Of a stretch of 64,000 nucleotides of DNA, positions 46,166 to 55,319 are shown piece by piece (position 1 is the stretch's first letter; each line of letters begins with the position of its first letter). The DNA comes from a virus, in the IMG/VR virus record IMGVR_UViG_3300045003_000080, positions 55,830 through 119,829 of that record. The stretch is one strand, 5' to 3'. The translations under genes were made by a program, and so were the position numbers. Under the pieces are notes generated by a model. That model saw only the letters and a list, made by a program, of their open reading frames with translations. It did not search any database and was not told where the DNA came from.

Positions 46166-47071
46166 ATGGCTCCATCCTGCCCACCACCAACCACCCCACA
46201 AAGCACGGTCACGGCGCTGACCGCGACTTCGCTGCAGGTCGAACCCGTCAATTTCTTGCCAGGATTCAGCAACAGCCAGGCGTTCAGCCCCTACTCCCAC
46301 AGCTACGTCGAAATGATTGCGCCAGTCGTCAATGCGTTTCCACAGTGGATGTCGCCGGGCACCGCAACGCCGCGAGTGCTGGGCACAGGCGAAGGCGCCG
46401 ACTTCCGCCCCCGGCTGCGCGCTGGCGCCGGCTCTGCTATCCGGTTCGGTGGCTGCCTGATGCAGGTCGCCTCGTTCCTCGCCGACGGGGTGTCCTGGAC
46501 CGACCACCCGCTCGGCGCCGACGAATATCTCGCCGGCTACGCCCGCTCACTCAACGACTACGCCAACGACGAGGGTCGGCAGGAACTGCTGCCGCTTGCC
46601 CCACGTCTCGCTGTGTCGCAGGTGGGCTCGCTGTCCCGGCGCGCGGACGCGTGGACGCAGATCGCAGCCGACGAGATCGAGTTGTTCGCACGCGGCTACC
46701 CAGGTGAAGTGCATGAGCGGGCGCAAGCCCTGGCGAAGGGCACCTGGGAATACCTGCACGGTGGCCCGATGCCGTCGGTCGTGGAGTTGGACCTCCCGGC
46801 CCCGATGGGGCTCGCGCTCTCGCTGTTCGGGCAGGTGCTCAGCTTCCGGCGAAGCGGCTCACCGGAGGTGGTTGTGCAGTCGGCCCAGCAGGTGCTGTGG
46901 AACCTGATTCACGCGCACAACGTGTGGGCTGGGCCTCGGGGGCGTGAGGCGCTGGGGACCGCGCTCGACGCGCACGAGCGGGTCACGGGTCGGCGCCTGC
47001 GCACCTTGGAGGAGGTTCCGGGTGAGGTGTGGGAGCGGATGCACCGGGGGATGATGGGCCTGGCTGCGTGA
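46166..47071 (+). CDS. Hypothetical protein
   Basis: ATG after GGGAG; GCLMQVASFLA...WTDHP...ARSLND motif. Confidence 0.7.
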   Translation: MAPSCPPPTTPQSTVTALTATSLQVEPVNFLPGFSNSQAFSPYSHSYVEMIAPVVNAFPQWMSPGTATPRVLGTGEGADFRPRLRAGAGSAIRFGGCLMQVASFLADGVSWTDHPLGADEYLAGYARSLNDYANDEGRQELLPLAPRLAVSQVGSLSRRADAWTQIAADEIELFARGYPGEVHERAQALAKGTWEYLHGGPMPSVVELDLPAPMGLALSLFGQVLSFRRSGSPEVVVQSAQQVLWNLIHAHNVWAGPRGREALGTALDAHERVTGRRLRTLEEVPGEVWERMHRGMMGLAA

Positions 47072-47301
47072 CCGCTTCCTGGCAGTACCACTACGACCAG
47101 GCGGTGGAGGGACTGCAGGCGGCTGACCGGGATGCGGCGCAGCTGATCGCTGCGATGGAGTCCGGGAAGCTCACGGACGAGCAGATCGACGGGGTGATGC
47201 GGGCGACGCTGCTCGGGCTGATCGGGGCGTTGGTTCAGGCGACGTTGGCGTTGGCGGTTGCGGTGAAGCCGACGGGTCAGCTCCCAACCATCACACTGTA
47301 G
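47068..47301 (+). CDS. Hypothetical protein
   Basis: GTGA overlap; 77 aa. Confidence 0.6.
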   Translation: MTASWQYHYDQAVEGLQAADRDAAQLIAAMESGKLTDEQIDGVMRATLLGLIGALVQATLALAVAVKPTGQLPTITL

Positions 47302-47345
47302 TAATGTGCTGACATATTGTCGGTGGTTGATGCGACCATCGCATC

Positions 47346-48071
47346 ATGACCACCCCTACGACGGACGTCGCCGTCCGCACCACCACCGCGCCCGCCTCCC
47401 GCACTCCCGTGAATGTGGGTGTTCCGATCAAGGGCCTGGACGAGGCATTCCGACTCGCCCAGGCCCTTTCCATGGCCGGGCTGCTCCCCTCCGGGCTGCG
47501 CGGCAAGCCCAGTGACGTGCTCGCGATCATCCTGTACGGCTCGGAACTCGGCATCGGCCCCATGCAGGCCCTACAAGCCGTCCACATCGTGCAGGGCCGC
47601 ACTGTCGTCTCCGCACAACTGTGGCTCGCCCTGCTGCGCACGCGTGGCCACCGCGCCAAAGTGATCGAGAACACCGACACCGTGTGCACCGTCGAGCTGC
47701 AACGCGGCGACACCGGCGAAACCCACCGTGAAACGTTCACCTGGGACGACGCGAAGAAAGCCAAGCTGACCAGCAAGGACGTCTGGCAGAGCTACCCGAA
47801 GCGGATGCTGCTCGCGCGCGCTGTCGCGAACGCCGCCCGGTTCCTCGTCCCGGAAGCGGTGCTTGGCATCGCGGCTGAGGGCGAGTTCTTCGACGAGGAG
47901 CCACAGCCGGGAGTGATCCGGCGCATCGTCGAGCAGGTTCCGGAGCCGGTCGACGCCGCCCCGTCAGAGACGCTCGCGCAGGTGCAGGCGCTGGCCGACG
48001 AGCTGGCGTCGGAGGGCCTGCAGAAGGCGCCTGAGCCTGAGGGCGAGCCGGCGATGGTGTGGGAGCAGTAG
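47346..48071 (+). CDS. RecT-like ssDNA-annealing protein
   Basis: LLPSGLRGKPSDV...GSELGIGPMQALQAVHIVQGR...WQSYPKRMLLARA. Confidence 0.85.
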   Translation: MTTPTTDVAVRTTTAPASRTPVNVGVPIKGLDEAFRLAQALSMAGLLPSGLRGKPSDVLAIILYGSELGIGPMQALQAVHIVQGRTVVSAQLWLALLRTRGHRAKVIENTDTVCTVELQRGDTGETHRETFTWDDAKKAKLTSKDVWQSYPKRMLLARAVANAARFLVPEAVLGIAAEGEFFDEEPQPGVIRRIVEQVPEPVDAAPSETLAQVQALADELASEGLQKAPEPEGEPAMVWEQ

Positions 48072-48073
48072 CC

Positions 48074-48964
48074 ATGCCCACGACCAGCGAGCTGCTCCTG
48101 CTCGCGGATCGGCAGCGTGCCCGGTCGCAGCAGCGCCAGTTGGGCATGTCGCAGGTGGGTGGGTGTCGTCGCCGGGCCGGGTACACCCTGGCCGGGACGG
48201 ACCCGGTCAACGAGGTCGGCAGCGTGGTGGCAGTGATGGGCAGCGCGATCCATGAGGCGGTCGCGGCCGGGGTGCGCGCGTTGAACCGGCCCGGGGATCT
48301 GGTGGAGCGGGAGGTCAGGTTCGCCGGGCTGATGGGGCATCTGGACCGGTACGAGTGCGAGTCGCAAACGGTTGTCGACACCAAGACGGTGTCGACGCGG
48401 CGCCTGGAACAGGTGAAGCTGGAAGGGCCGAGCACGCAGCAGCGTTGGCAGGTGTCGCTGTACGCGGCTGCGCTGCTGACGGAAGGCATCCCGGTGACGC
48501 ATGTGCGCATCGACTACCTGGTGCGTGACACGGGCGTCGAACACAACGTGCAGTGGCCGTTCGACCCGGACGACGTGAAGGACGCGGTCGACTGGCTCCG
48601 GCAGGTGCGCGACACGCCGCTCGCGATGCTCCCCAGGGACTACGCGCCGGACTCCGTGTTCTGTCAGGGCTGCCCTTTCGGGGGTAAAAACGGGGGGGTG
48701 TGCTGGCAGGGGCATGTGCCCGATCGGGATTTTCGCAGTGTCGAGGTGGTCGAGGGCGCGGATGTGGCGCAGGCTGCTGATGAACTGTTTGCGCTGCGTA
48801 AGAAGCTCAAGGAGTTGAGAGAACGGGACGAGTGGCTGCGTGGTGTGCTCGACGCGGTGCGCCCGGTGCAGGAGGGTGCGCTGGTCAAGGCGGGTGACAA
48901 CTATTTGAAATGGACGGCGACGCGTACGGGTGGTCACGCGTTGAGGTTCGTTGCGCCGCCTTGA
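48074..48964 (+). CDS. PD-(D/E)XK Cas4/RecB-like exonuclease
   Basis: GMSQVGGCRR, GHLD...VDTKT, QVSLY, CQGCPF...C; next to RecT-like gene. Confidence 0.85.
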   Translation: MPTTSELLLLADRQRARSQQRQLGMSQVGGCRRRAGYTLAGTDPVNEVGSVVAVMGSAIHEAVAAGVRALNRPGDLVEREVRFAGLMGHLDRYECESQTVVDTKTVSTRRLEQVKLEGPSTQQRWQVSLYAAALLTEGIPVTHVRIDYLVRDTGVEHNVQWPFDPDDVKDAVDWLRQVRDTPLAMLPRDYAPDSVFCQGCPFGGKNGGVCWQGHVPDRDFRSVEVVEGADVAQAADELFALRKKLKELRERDEWLRGVLDAVRPVQEGALVKAGDNYLKWTATRTGGHALRFVAPP

Positions 48965-48997
48965 CCTGCAAAGCAATCATAACTAATATCGTCGCCC

Positions 48998-49306
48998 ATG
49001 AATAAGCAACAACTCGTGAACGAAGTCCGCGCACGCACCGACCTGCCCGAGAAGCAGATCACTGCCACCATCAACGCCACGCTCGACGCCATCACCGACG
49101 AACTGTTCCAGGGTCGGTCCGTCTCGCTCGTCAACTTCGGCACGTTCGAGGTCTACGATGCGGCGCCGCGAAGCGGCGTCAACCCGCGCACCAAAGAGAA
49201 GATCGAGATCCCCGCGAGGCGGCGCGCACGCCTCGACTGGAGCAAGACCCTGCAGCAGATGATCGCCGACACGGCACCGAAGACGAACGCCGAGACGGTG
49301 TCGTGA
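48998..49306 (+). CDS. hup: HU-family DNA-binding protein
   Basis: MNKQQLV...VSLVNFGTFEV...GVNPRTKEKIEIPA. Confidence 0.92.
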   Translation: MNKQQLVNEVRARTDLPEKQITATINATLDAITDELFQGRSVSLVNFGTFEVYDAAPRSGVNPRTKEKIEIPARRRARLDWSKTLQQMIADTAPKTNAETVS

Positions 49307-50085
49307 CCGATCTGGTCCGTTTCCTGACCTCCCTCCGGCAGCAGGTTGGCGAGCTGCCGGAGGGGGAGAAAGCCCTCGTCGACTACCTGGTCCAGCTGCC
49401 GGCCAAACGGTGGGACGTGGACTGCGAAGTCGTCGCGCTCTACATCCTGGACCGGTACCGCACCAGGATCCCGGATATCGGCCTGCGCCTGCCCCCGGTC
49501 GAAACCGACCTGGTCGCGCTCGCCTCAGCAGCCGAACGCATACGCCAAAGAGCTGAACGCTGGGCACGCGGATCGTTCACCAAACAGGTCGTCGCCATCC
49601 TCGACAGCGAGGGCGGCACCCAAGTTGTCGTAGTCGTACTGCCCTGGTTCCATCAGCGTTTCATCGAGGAACTCAGAAGCATCGACGGGTACCGATACGT
49701 CAACGCGTTCAAACAGCACAAGAAAGCGACGCTGTACCCGATCACAAGCGCGACCCAGGTCGTGCGCTGGTGCCGGCGCCGCCACATCACCCCATCGCCC
49801 GAACTGGAACGGCTCGCCGGTCCCGTCGGCGAGCAGCTCGACGTCGAACTCGACGTCACCCTGGTCGAGGACGGCACGAGGCTGCGTGTGTCGTTCGCGT
49901 ACAACCCCCGGGCCGTCGCAGAGATCAAACAGATCCCCGGCCGGAGGTTCGACCCGATTACGAAAGACGCCTGGTCCGTCCCGGTGGAGCAGTTGCCTGC
50001 CGTGCTCGCGTTCGCCGACGACTGGGGGCTGGCCTACGCCGAAGACCTCCCGGAGCAGGTGCAAGCCTCCCGAGGGGTATCGTAG
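49303..50085 (+). CDS. Protein with tandem HARP-like domains
   Basis: VSFAYNPRAVAEIKQIPGRRFDP...WSVP and an earlier similar unit. Confidence 0.6.
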   Translation: MTDLVRFLTSLRQQVGELPEGEKALVDYLVQLPAKRWDVDCEVVALYILDRYRTRIPDIGLRLPPVETDLVALASAAERIRQRAERWARGSFTKQVVAILDSEGGTQVVVVVLPWFHQRFIEELRSIDGYRYVNAFKQHKKATLYPITSATQVVRWCRRRHITPSPELERLAGPVGEQLDVELDVTLVEDGTRLRVSFAYNPRAVAEIKQIPGRRFDPITKDAWSVPVEQLPAVLAFADDWGLAYAEDLPEQVQASRGVS

Positions 50086-50121
50086 AAACACCTTTAAACG
50101 CTGGGTGTTTCCGGGGGTGCG

Positions 50122-50754
50122 ATGCTCGATTCGGGATGCCAGGTGTGCGGGCGCGGTACGCAGGCACGGGTGTGTCCCGGGTGCGTGGACCGGGTGGGTG
50201 ACGAGATCGTGTCGCTGCCGGCCTGGTATGCGCGCCTGGCTGGTGTGCTCGCCCCGAGTATGGGCGCGAGTAGCGGGGAGAAAGTCGCGTCGTCCCGGTA
50301 CGGGATGCTGAACCTGCGTGTTGAACCGCTCAATCTGCGCGCCTGGGGTGGGATACCCAGTGTGCTGCTCGGGTGGGAGGACGCGTGGCGTGATGAGCTA
50401 CGTTGGGAGCAGGCCCCGTTTCGCGGCAGCGCCGCGCAAACCGTCGACGGCTGCGCGCGGTTCCTGTCCACGAATTGGTTGTGGGCGGCCGATTCGTACA
50501 CTGCTGTCGCCGATTTCGCGGCTCAGGTGCACCGCCTGGTCGGGGAGTGTCGGTTGCAGGTCGAGGGGCCAAGCGGGACGCGGCAGGTGGGTGTGTGTCC
50601 TGTCGCGGCCCCTGACGGGTATGTGTGTGGCACCGCCTTGTATGCGCATCCGTACGTTGACGTGATCGAGTGTCGCGGGTGCCGTGCACGGTGGGAACGG
50701 CCCAGGTGGATCGAGTTGGCGACGCTGTTGCGGGCATCGAAGGAAACGGCTTAA
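50122..50754 (+). CDS. Zn-finger phage protein
   Basis: CQVC...CPGC N-terminus; CP...CG...CRGC C-terminus. Confidence 0.65.
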   Translation: MLDSGCQVCGRGTQARVCPGCVDRVGDEIVSLPAWYARLAGVLAPSMGASSGEKVASSRYGMLNLRVEPLNLRAWGGIPSVLLGWEDAWRDELRWEQAPFRGSAAQTVDGCARFLSTNWLWAADSYTAVADFAAQVHRLVGECRLQVEGPSGTRQVGVCPVAAPDGYVCGTALYAHPYVDVIECRGCRARWERPRWIELATLLRASKETA

Positions 50755-50791
50755 CATCGTGGCGCCGCTTGCCTCGCGAATGGAGGGCGTA

Positions 50792-51121
50792 ATGGCGCGG
50801 AAAACGATGGTGCGACTGGTCGACGATTTCGACGGGGGTGACGCTGACGGCACCCATCGGGTCGTGTTGGATGGGCGCGCCTACGAGTTCGACCTGTCGA
50901 AAGCCAACTGGCAGCAATTCGTTGACACGGTGGAGCCGTATCTGAAGTGTGGGCGCCGGGTGGCCACCGGGGGGCGTAACGGCACGCCGGCGCAGCGCCG
51001 TGCACAGTCGGCGAAGGAACGGGCGTGGGCGAAAGCGAACGGTTTCGTCGTGTCGGATCACGGGCGTGTGCCAGCGCACGTGAGAGCGGCGTTCAACCGG
51101 TCACAACAGGTTGAGGTATAG
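50792..51121 (+). CDS. lsr2: Lsr2 nucleoid-associated protein / xenogeneic silencer homolog
   Basis: MARKTMVRLVDDFDG...YEFDLS...RAWAKANGFVVSDHGRVP. Confidence 0.92.
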   Translation: MARKTMVRLVDDFDGGDADGTHRVVLDGRAYEFDLSKANWQQFVDTVEPYLKCGRRVATGGRNGTPAQRRAQSAKERAWAKANGFVVSDHGRVPAHVRAAFNRSQQVEV

Positions 51122-51206
51122 TCGTCCTGCCTCCCCGCGCCTGACGTAAGCGGTAACTTTTCGAGGCGGCGTCCGTGGACCGGGCGCAGGGAGGCACCCA
51201 ACACCA

Positions 51207-51557
51207 ATGGGCAGGCAAGTGGATGGCGTGCCGTTGACGGCGCGTCGGCTGGAAGTTTTGGAGCTGCTCGCGCAGGGGCTGACGACCAGCGAGATCGGGC
51301 GTCGGCTGTTTCTGGAGCCGAGTACCGTCAAGACGCACATCAAGTTCATCTACCGGGCGATCGGGGCGCGTAACCGGGTACAGGCCACTGCGTGGTGGCG
51401 GGACCATTATGTGGCGCCGCCCACGAGGGCGTATGTCGAGGTGCCGACCGGTTTGTGGCGGCAAGTGGTTGATGCTGTGGCGGATGGTGGGACGAGGCTG
51501 CCGGTACCGGTGTGCGCCAGGGTGCGGGAGTTCGAGGCCAGGCGTATCAACCAGTGA
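51207..51557 (+). CDS. LuxR-type HTH regulator
   Basis: LTARRLEVLELLAQGLTTSEIGRRLFLEPSTVKTH. Confidence 0.88.
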   Translation: MGRQVDGVPLTARRLEVLELLAQGLTTSEIGRRLFLEPSTVKTHIKFIYRAIGARNRVQATAWWRDHYVAPPTRAYVEVPTGLWRQVVDAVADGGTRLPVPVCARVREFEARRINQ

Positions 51558-52090
51558 GATCATGGGCCCGGAGGTGGCCCTGTGTGACGTGGGCGTTGTG
51601 CGTGCCGACGAATCTCAACTTGTTGACGATGAACGAGCGGGTGCACTGGTCGTCGCGTGCGTCGGCGACCTGCGCGTTGCGCGAGTGGGGCAAGTGGGCG
51701 GCGCGCCGTGAACGCATCCCTGCGTGTGAACAAGCGTGGGTGGCGTTGGTCGTGTACCCGAACAACCAGCGCCGTTTCGACGCGTCGAACTATGCGCCGA
51801 CGGCGAAGGCCCTGGTCGACGGGGCGTTGGTGGACTCGGGTGTGTTGCGGGACGATGACAATGCGTGTGTTCCGGTGACGGTTTTCGCGTCGGGGCCGCT
51901 CTGGCGTGGCGCACACAAACACGTTGTGCTATATATCATTGGTCGGGAGCCGGAGGCACTGTACTGGTGGCGCGACGCCGAGCGCGACGTCCACCCTGGT
52001 TCTGCCGCTCCCCTCACCCCTTCCCGTTCTCGCCGTCCGGCGCGCGTAGTCACGCCTCGCCGGCCGACGGGAACATTGTTCATCAACTAG
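51554..52090 (+). CDS. RusA-like Holliday junction resolvase
   Basis: RRFDASNYAPTAKALVDGALVDSGVLRDDD. Confidence 0.8.
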   Translation: MRSWARRWPCVTWALCVPTNLNLLTMNERVHWSSRASATCALREWGKWAARRERIPACEQAWVALVVYPNNQRRFDASNYAPTAKALVDGALVDSGVLRDDDNACVPVTVFASGPLWRGAHKHVVLYIIGREPEALYWWRDAERDVHPGSAAPLTPSRSRRPARVVTPRRPTGTLFIN

Positions 52091-52106
52091 TTAACGTCAG
52101 GAAGAC

Positions 52107-52700
52107 GTGACCATGCCGTCGTCGTCGGACCAACCCAGCGTGCAAGACCTGATCAACGAGGCGATCGACGCCGACCCGACCGCGAGCCCGGGTGAGCTTG
52201 CCGAGTTGGTGATCGGGGCGCTCGATCCGAGTCAGTACGCTGCCGCGTTGCGTCGCACGTTGCCGCAACTGGCGCGTAACGCCCTGGCGACGTACCGGGC
52301 GCAGACGCTTGCGCCGACGCCGTCGGGGTCAAGTGCGAAGCGCCTGGCCTTGCAGGGGTACGCGATGACGTTGGCGCAGCGTGCGCAGGCGGCGCGTGGT
52401 GTGCAGTTGCACGTGGGGGGCGGTGCGTATAAACAGCTTGGTGAGTGTACGGATCGGGATCTGTTGTTCGTGGTGCTGTCGCGTAAGCGTGCCGCGAACC
52501 TGTTGGAGGAGCGGGCGTACCGGTATGAGCAGCTGCGTTTGGCGATGCAGGATGCGGGTGCGGCGACGGTGGCGCAGTTGGATGACGACGTGCTGATGGA
52601 AACCCTCGCCGGTGATATGGTAACCTCCGAGCCTGGTTCCCTCGTGGCCGACACTCTCACGTCCCCCGACGTACCATCGCCCCGGGAACCCGACGCATAG
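52107..52700 (+). CDS. Hypothetical protein whose 3' end contains the first array unit
   Basis: 197 aa helical protein; YKQLGECT...DL motif. Confidence 0.7.
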   Translation: MTMPSSSDQPSVQDLINEAIDADPTASPGELAELVIGALDPSQYAAALRRTLPQLARNALATYRAQTLAPTPSGSSAKRLALQGYAMTLAQRAQAARGVQLHVGGGAYKQLGECTDRDLLFVVLSRKRAANLLEERAYRYEQLRLAMQDAGAATVAQLDDDVLMETLAGDMVTSEPGSLVADTLTSPDVPSPREPDA

Positions 52701-53312
52701 AACATCCACACATTGCCAAACCTCCCGGTGGCCGAAAGCGTTCCGGCGCCCGCGACCACACGCCACCGGGACCCATTAAGTCCGCGCCCGGGAGCCTGTC
52801 TCAATTCCCGCACCCAGAGACCCAACGCCCCGGGCGCACCCCAAACCTCCCGGCAACCACACAGAAGCGACAACCAATTGAGATCGCCTGCCGGGACCAG
52901 TCCCACGCTCAGGAGTCAATAGCGCTACGAACAGCCGAAATACCTGCGCCCCTGGGCGCCCCAAAACCTCCGGTCGGCCACGCGACAAACACTCGCCACT
53001 TGAATTCGCCGGCCGAAGCCCCCGTCCGGTGGCCACAGCAACGCACATCCCCGATGCGCAACGCCACCGGACCCCGATCCTCCGGCAGGCCGTACGACGC
53101 ACGACACCCCGTAGTCTGACGCCCACCGGACCGCGCCCCCTGCGACCATAATCAGGTCGGGTCCCACCCTAACCCCGTCGCAGGGGCGCACCACAGACCG
53201 CCCGCATCGCCCATGTAGTTCACTGGTTTCCATAACCGGCTCGCGATGCGGGCACCCGACCAGCCCCGCGCCCGTCTTCAAGTCCACACCCATACGATCA
53301 ACGGCGCGGGGC
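52635..53312 (+). ncRNA. Stem-loop TIGR-like guide array, 11 units
   Basis: Each ~45-57-nt unit is closing stem + CCR-N(8-10)-CG-loop(3-5)-CCR-N(8-9)-CG + stem. Example at 53133: GCGCCCCCTGCGA-CCA-TAATCAGGT-CG-GGTC-CCA-CCCTAACCC-CG-TCGCAGGGGCGC. Confidence 0.85.
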
Positions 53313-53340
53313 CCACGCCGCCCCCTTGAAAGACCACACC

Positions 53341-54261
53341 ATGCCGACTCCCCTGTGCGCCTACCGTCCCGAAGCGTCGCTGCTGGCCAAAGCCGTCGAA
53401 CAGGCCGAAACGATGCGCATCGCCGCCCAGAACAACCTGCGAGCGTTAACCCGTAACGAAGCAGACAAGGACGGCATCACCCGGGGACTCGGGTTCCCCG
53501 ACGACGCCCCCGTCGTGATCTACGCGCGTCGCATTGTTGACGACCTGCTCGCCACCGAACAGGACTACATCAAGACGTTGGAAGTCGTGATGAAACAGCA
53601 CCCGTTTGCCCCGTTCATCGCCCGCACCAACGGCGTCGGCGCCAAACAACTGGCGAGACTGCTGGACGCGATCCGTGACCCGTACATCAACGACCGTGAC
53701 GACCGGCCCCGTACCGTGTCGGAGTTGTGGTCGCTGTCCGGGTACGCGGTCGTCAACGGGGAAGCGCCGCGTCTTCGACGTGGGCAGCGCGCGAACTGGT
53801 CCCCCCAGGCCAGGATGCGCGCCTACCTGATCGCGGTGCAGGCCCTGAAATCCCGCAAGGCGACGTGCAAACCCGACGGGGACAGCGACGAGGCGCGCAC
53901 CACACACATTGAGAACTGCGGTTGCAGCCCGTACCGCATCGTGTATGACCAGGCGCGTGCGAAGTACGCCGACGCGGTGCATGTGAGCGAGTGTGTGCGG
54001 TGCGGTCCGTCCGGGTCGCCGGCGCAACCCGGCTCCCCGCTTGCGGCCGGGCATCAGCACGGGCGGGCATTAAGGAAAGCAGCCAAGGAACTCCTTAAAG
54101 ATCTTTGGCGGGAGGCGCGGTGGATCCACTGGCTCAACGATGGTCTCGACGTGGATGCGGCGCAGCGCCTGGCCGATGAAGCGGGTATGACCCTGGTGGA
54201 GGCGGCTGCGTGCCTGATGGAAGACGCCGCACAAGGCAACCGGGTGAGCGTCAACGCATGA
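53341..54261 (+). CDS. tasA: Nop-domain (IS110-related) RNA-binding protein without nuclease domain, TasA-like
   Basis: Coiled coil MRIAAQNNLRAL, GVGAKQLARLL, TVSELWSLSG, RRGQRANWSPQAR, YRIVYD, HGRALRKAAKELLKDLW. No N-terminal RuvC/DEDD or HNH. Directly follows the array. Confidence 0.8.
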   Translation: MPTPLCAYRPEASLLAKAVEQAETMRIAAQNNLRALTRNEADKDGITRGLGFPDDAPVVIYARRIVDDLLATEQDYIKTLEVVMKQHPFAPFIARTNGVGAKQLARLLDAIRDPYINDRDDRPRTVSELWSLSGYAVVNGEAPRLRRGQRANWSPQARMRAYLIAVQALKSRKATCKPDGDSDEARTTHIENCGCSPYRIVYDQARAKYADAVHVSECVRCGPSGSPAQPGSPLAAGHQHGRALRKAAKELLKDLWREARWIHWLNDGLDVDAAQRLADEAGMTLVEAAACLMEDAAQGNRVSVNA

Positions 54262-54881
54262 ACACACTCATCAAGGCGTTCACACCCAGGGCCCGGCCGC
54301 TCCCACCCACCGTGATCGTGTTGCCGATGCTGGACTACGACCAGCAGTACCCGGTTCCCGACTGGCATTTGGAGCATGGGGGCACCCGGGAGCAGTGGTT
54401 CGACCACTGGTTCACGGCGCAGGAGGACCGTGAGCGTGAGTGGCGTGAGATCGTGGACCGGTTCCTGACGCAGCCGGACGAGTTCGCGTACGCATGGGTA
54501 TACCTGGACAACCATCCGGTGTTTTGGCAGTTCGCCGAAGAGGGCAAGCTGTCGCCCCTGGAACGGCTCCACGAGCAGTACCTGTGCGACACCGACGGGA
54601 TCGCGAGGTGTGTGCGTATCCACGTGTGGCGTGGGCGGGGGCGGCGCCGTAAGGACACGGTCACGCAGGTGCGGCTCGAAGCTGGCAAGTGGCCTTGGCC
54701 GTGCGAGCCGACACAGGAGGAGCCGTACGAGGTGCGGCATGAGGATCCCCTGTTGTCGGTGCGGGAACCGACGGTCGAGGTGGCGTTTACCGCGCTCGCC
54801 GCCCGGGTGCACGAGTTGTACGGCGATGACCGGCGCAAATGCGGCGACCCGATCTACGTGTACCCGAGCGACTCGCAGTAG
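54258..54881 (+). CDS. Hypothetical protein
   Basis: ATGA overlap with the Tas-like gene. Confidence 0.7.
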   Translation: MNTLIKAFTPRARPLPPTVIVLPMLDYDQQYPVPDWHLEHGGTREQWFDHWFTAQEDREREWREIVDRFLTQPDEFAYAWVYLDNHPVFWQFAEEGKLSPLERLHEQYLCDTDGIARCVRIHVWRGRGRRRKDTVTQVRLEAGKWPWPCEPTQEEPYEVRHEDPLLSVREPTVEVAFTALAARVHELYGDDRRKCGDPIYVYPSDSQ

Positions 54882-54896
54882 ACGAGGAACAGCGAC

Positions 54897-55319
54897 ATGA
54901 ACGACGAAGAGGACGCGTTCGACCACATGCCGGCCTGGGCGGGGCAGGAGCTGAAGTGGGCCGACACCCTGCTCGACGCGATGGTCGAGTGCGCGTTCGC
55001 CCCGGACCTGACCGGGTTCGAGGAGATGTTCGCCTCGTCGCCGCCTATGGAGCGGCGTGAGGAGTACCTGCTTCGGCTACGCAGGCACGGCGATGGTTAC
55101 CGCATCCACGGTCACGCCGACGTGGTGTGGAACGGGGCGAGCTGGTCGCCGAACTGGGGCAGCAACATGGGGTTCATCTACCCGAGTCTGCGCGACGCGG
55201 TCGACGACGGGCTGCCGGCAGCGATGGCGTCACACACCAAGGTCGTGCACGCGATGCTCGCCCTCAAGCTCAAGGTCCGCCAGGATCTCGCGAACAAGAT
55301 CGGAGGCAAGGGTGACTGA
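54897..55319 (+). CDS. Hypothetical protein
   Basis: 140 aa, RBS GAGG. Confidence 0.65.
   Translation: MNDEEDAFDHMPAWAGQELKWADTLLDAMVECAFAPDLTGFEEMFASSPPMERREEYLLRLRRHGDGYRIHGHADVVWNGASWSPNWGSNMGFIYPSLRDAVDDGLPAAMASHTKVVHAMLALKLKVRQDLANKIGGKGD

Noticed and set aside
48074-48964. Cas4 as an adaptation module for the guide arrays
   Set aside because: Adjacent to a RecT-like gene in the standard phage recombination arrangement; nothing links it to the arrays.
53149-53157. TIGR-like spacer TAATCAGGT as self-targeting the promoter at 41870 (reverse complement TAATCACGT)
   Set aside because: 8 of 9 match only, and the paired spacer has no correctly placed adjacent match.
53167-53175. Telomere-like CCCTAACCC
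   Set aside because: Single copy occupying a spacer slot.
52635-53312. CRISPR array
   Set aside because: No identical 23-47-nt direct repeats; conservation is limited to short boxes and structure.
53341-54261. IS110 transposase / insertion sequence
   Set aside because: Only the coiled-coil and Nop-like part is present. No N-terminal DEDD RuvC domain, and the gene is coupled into a phage operon behind a multi-unit array.
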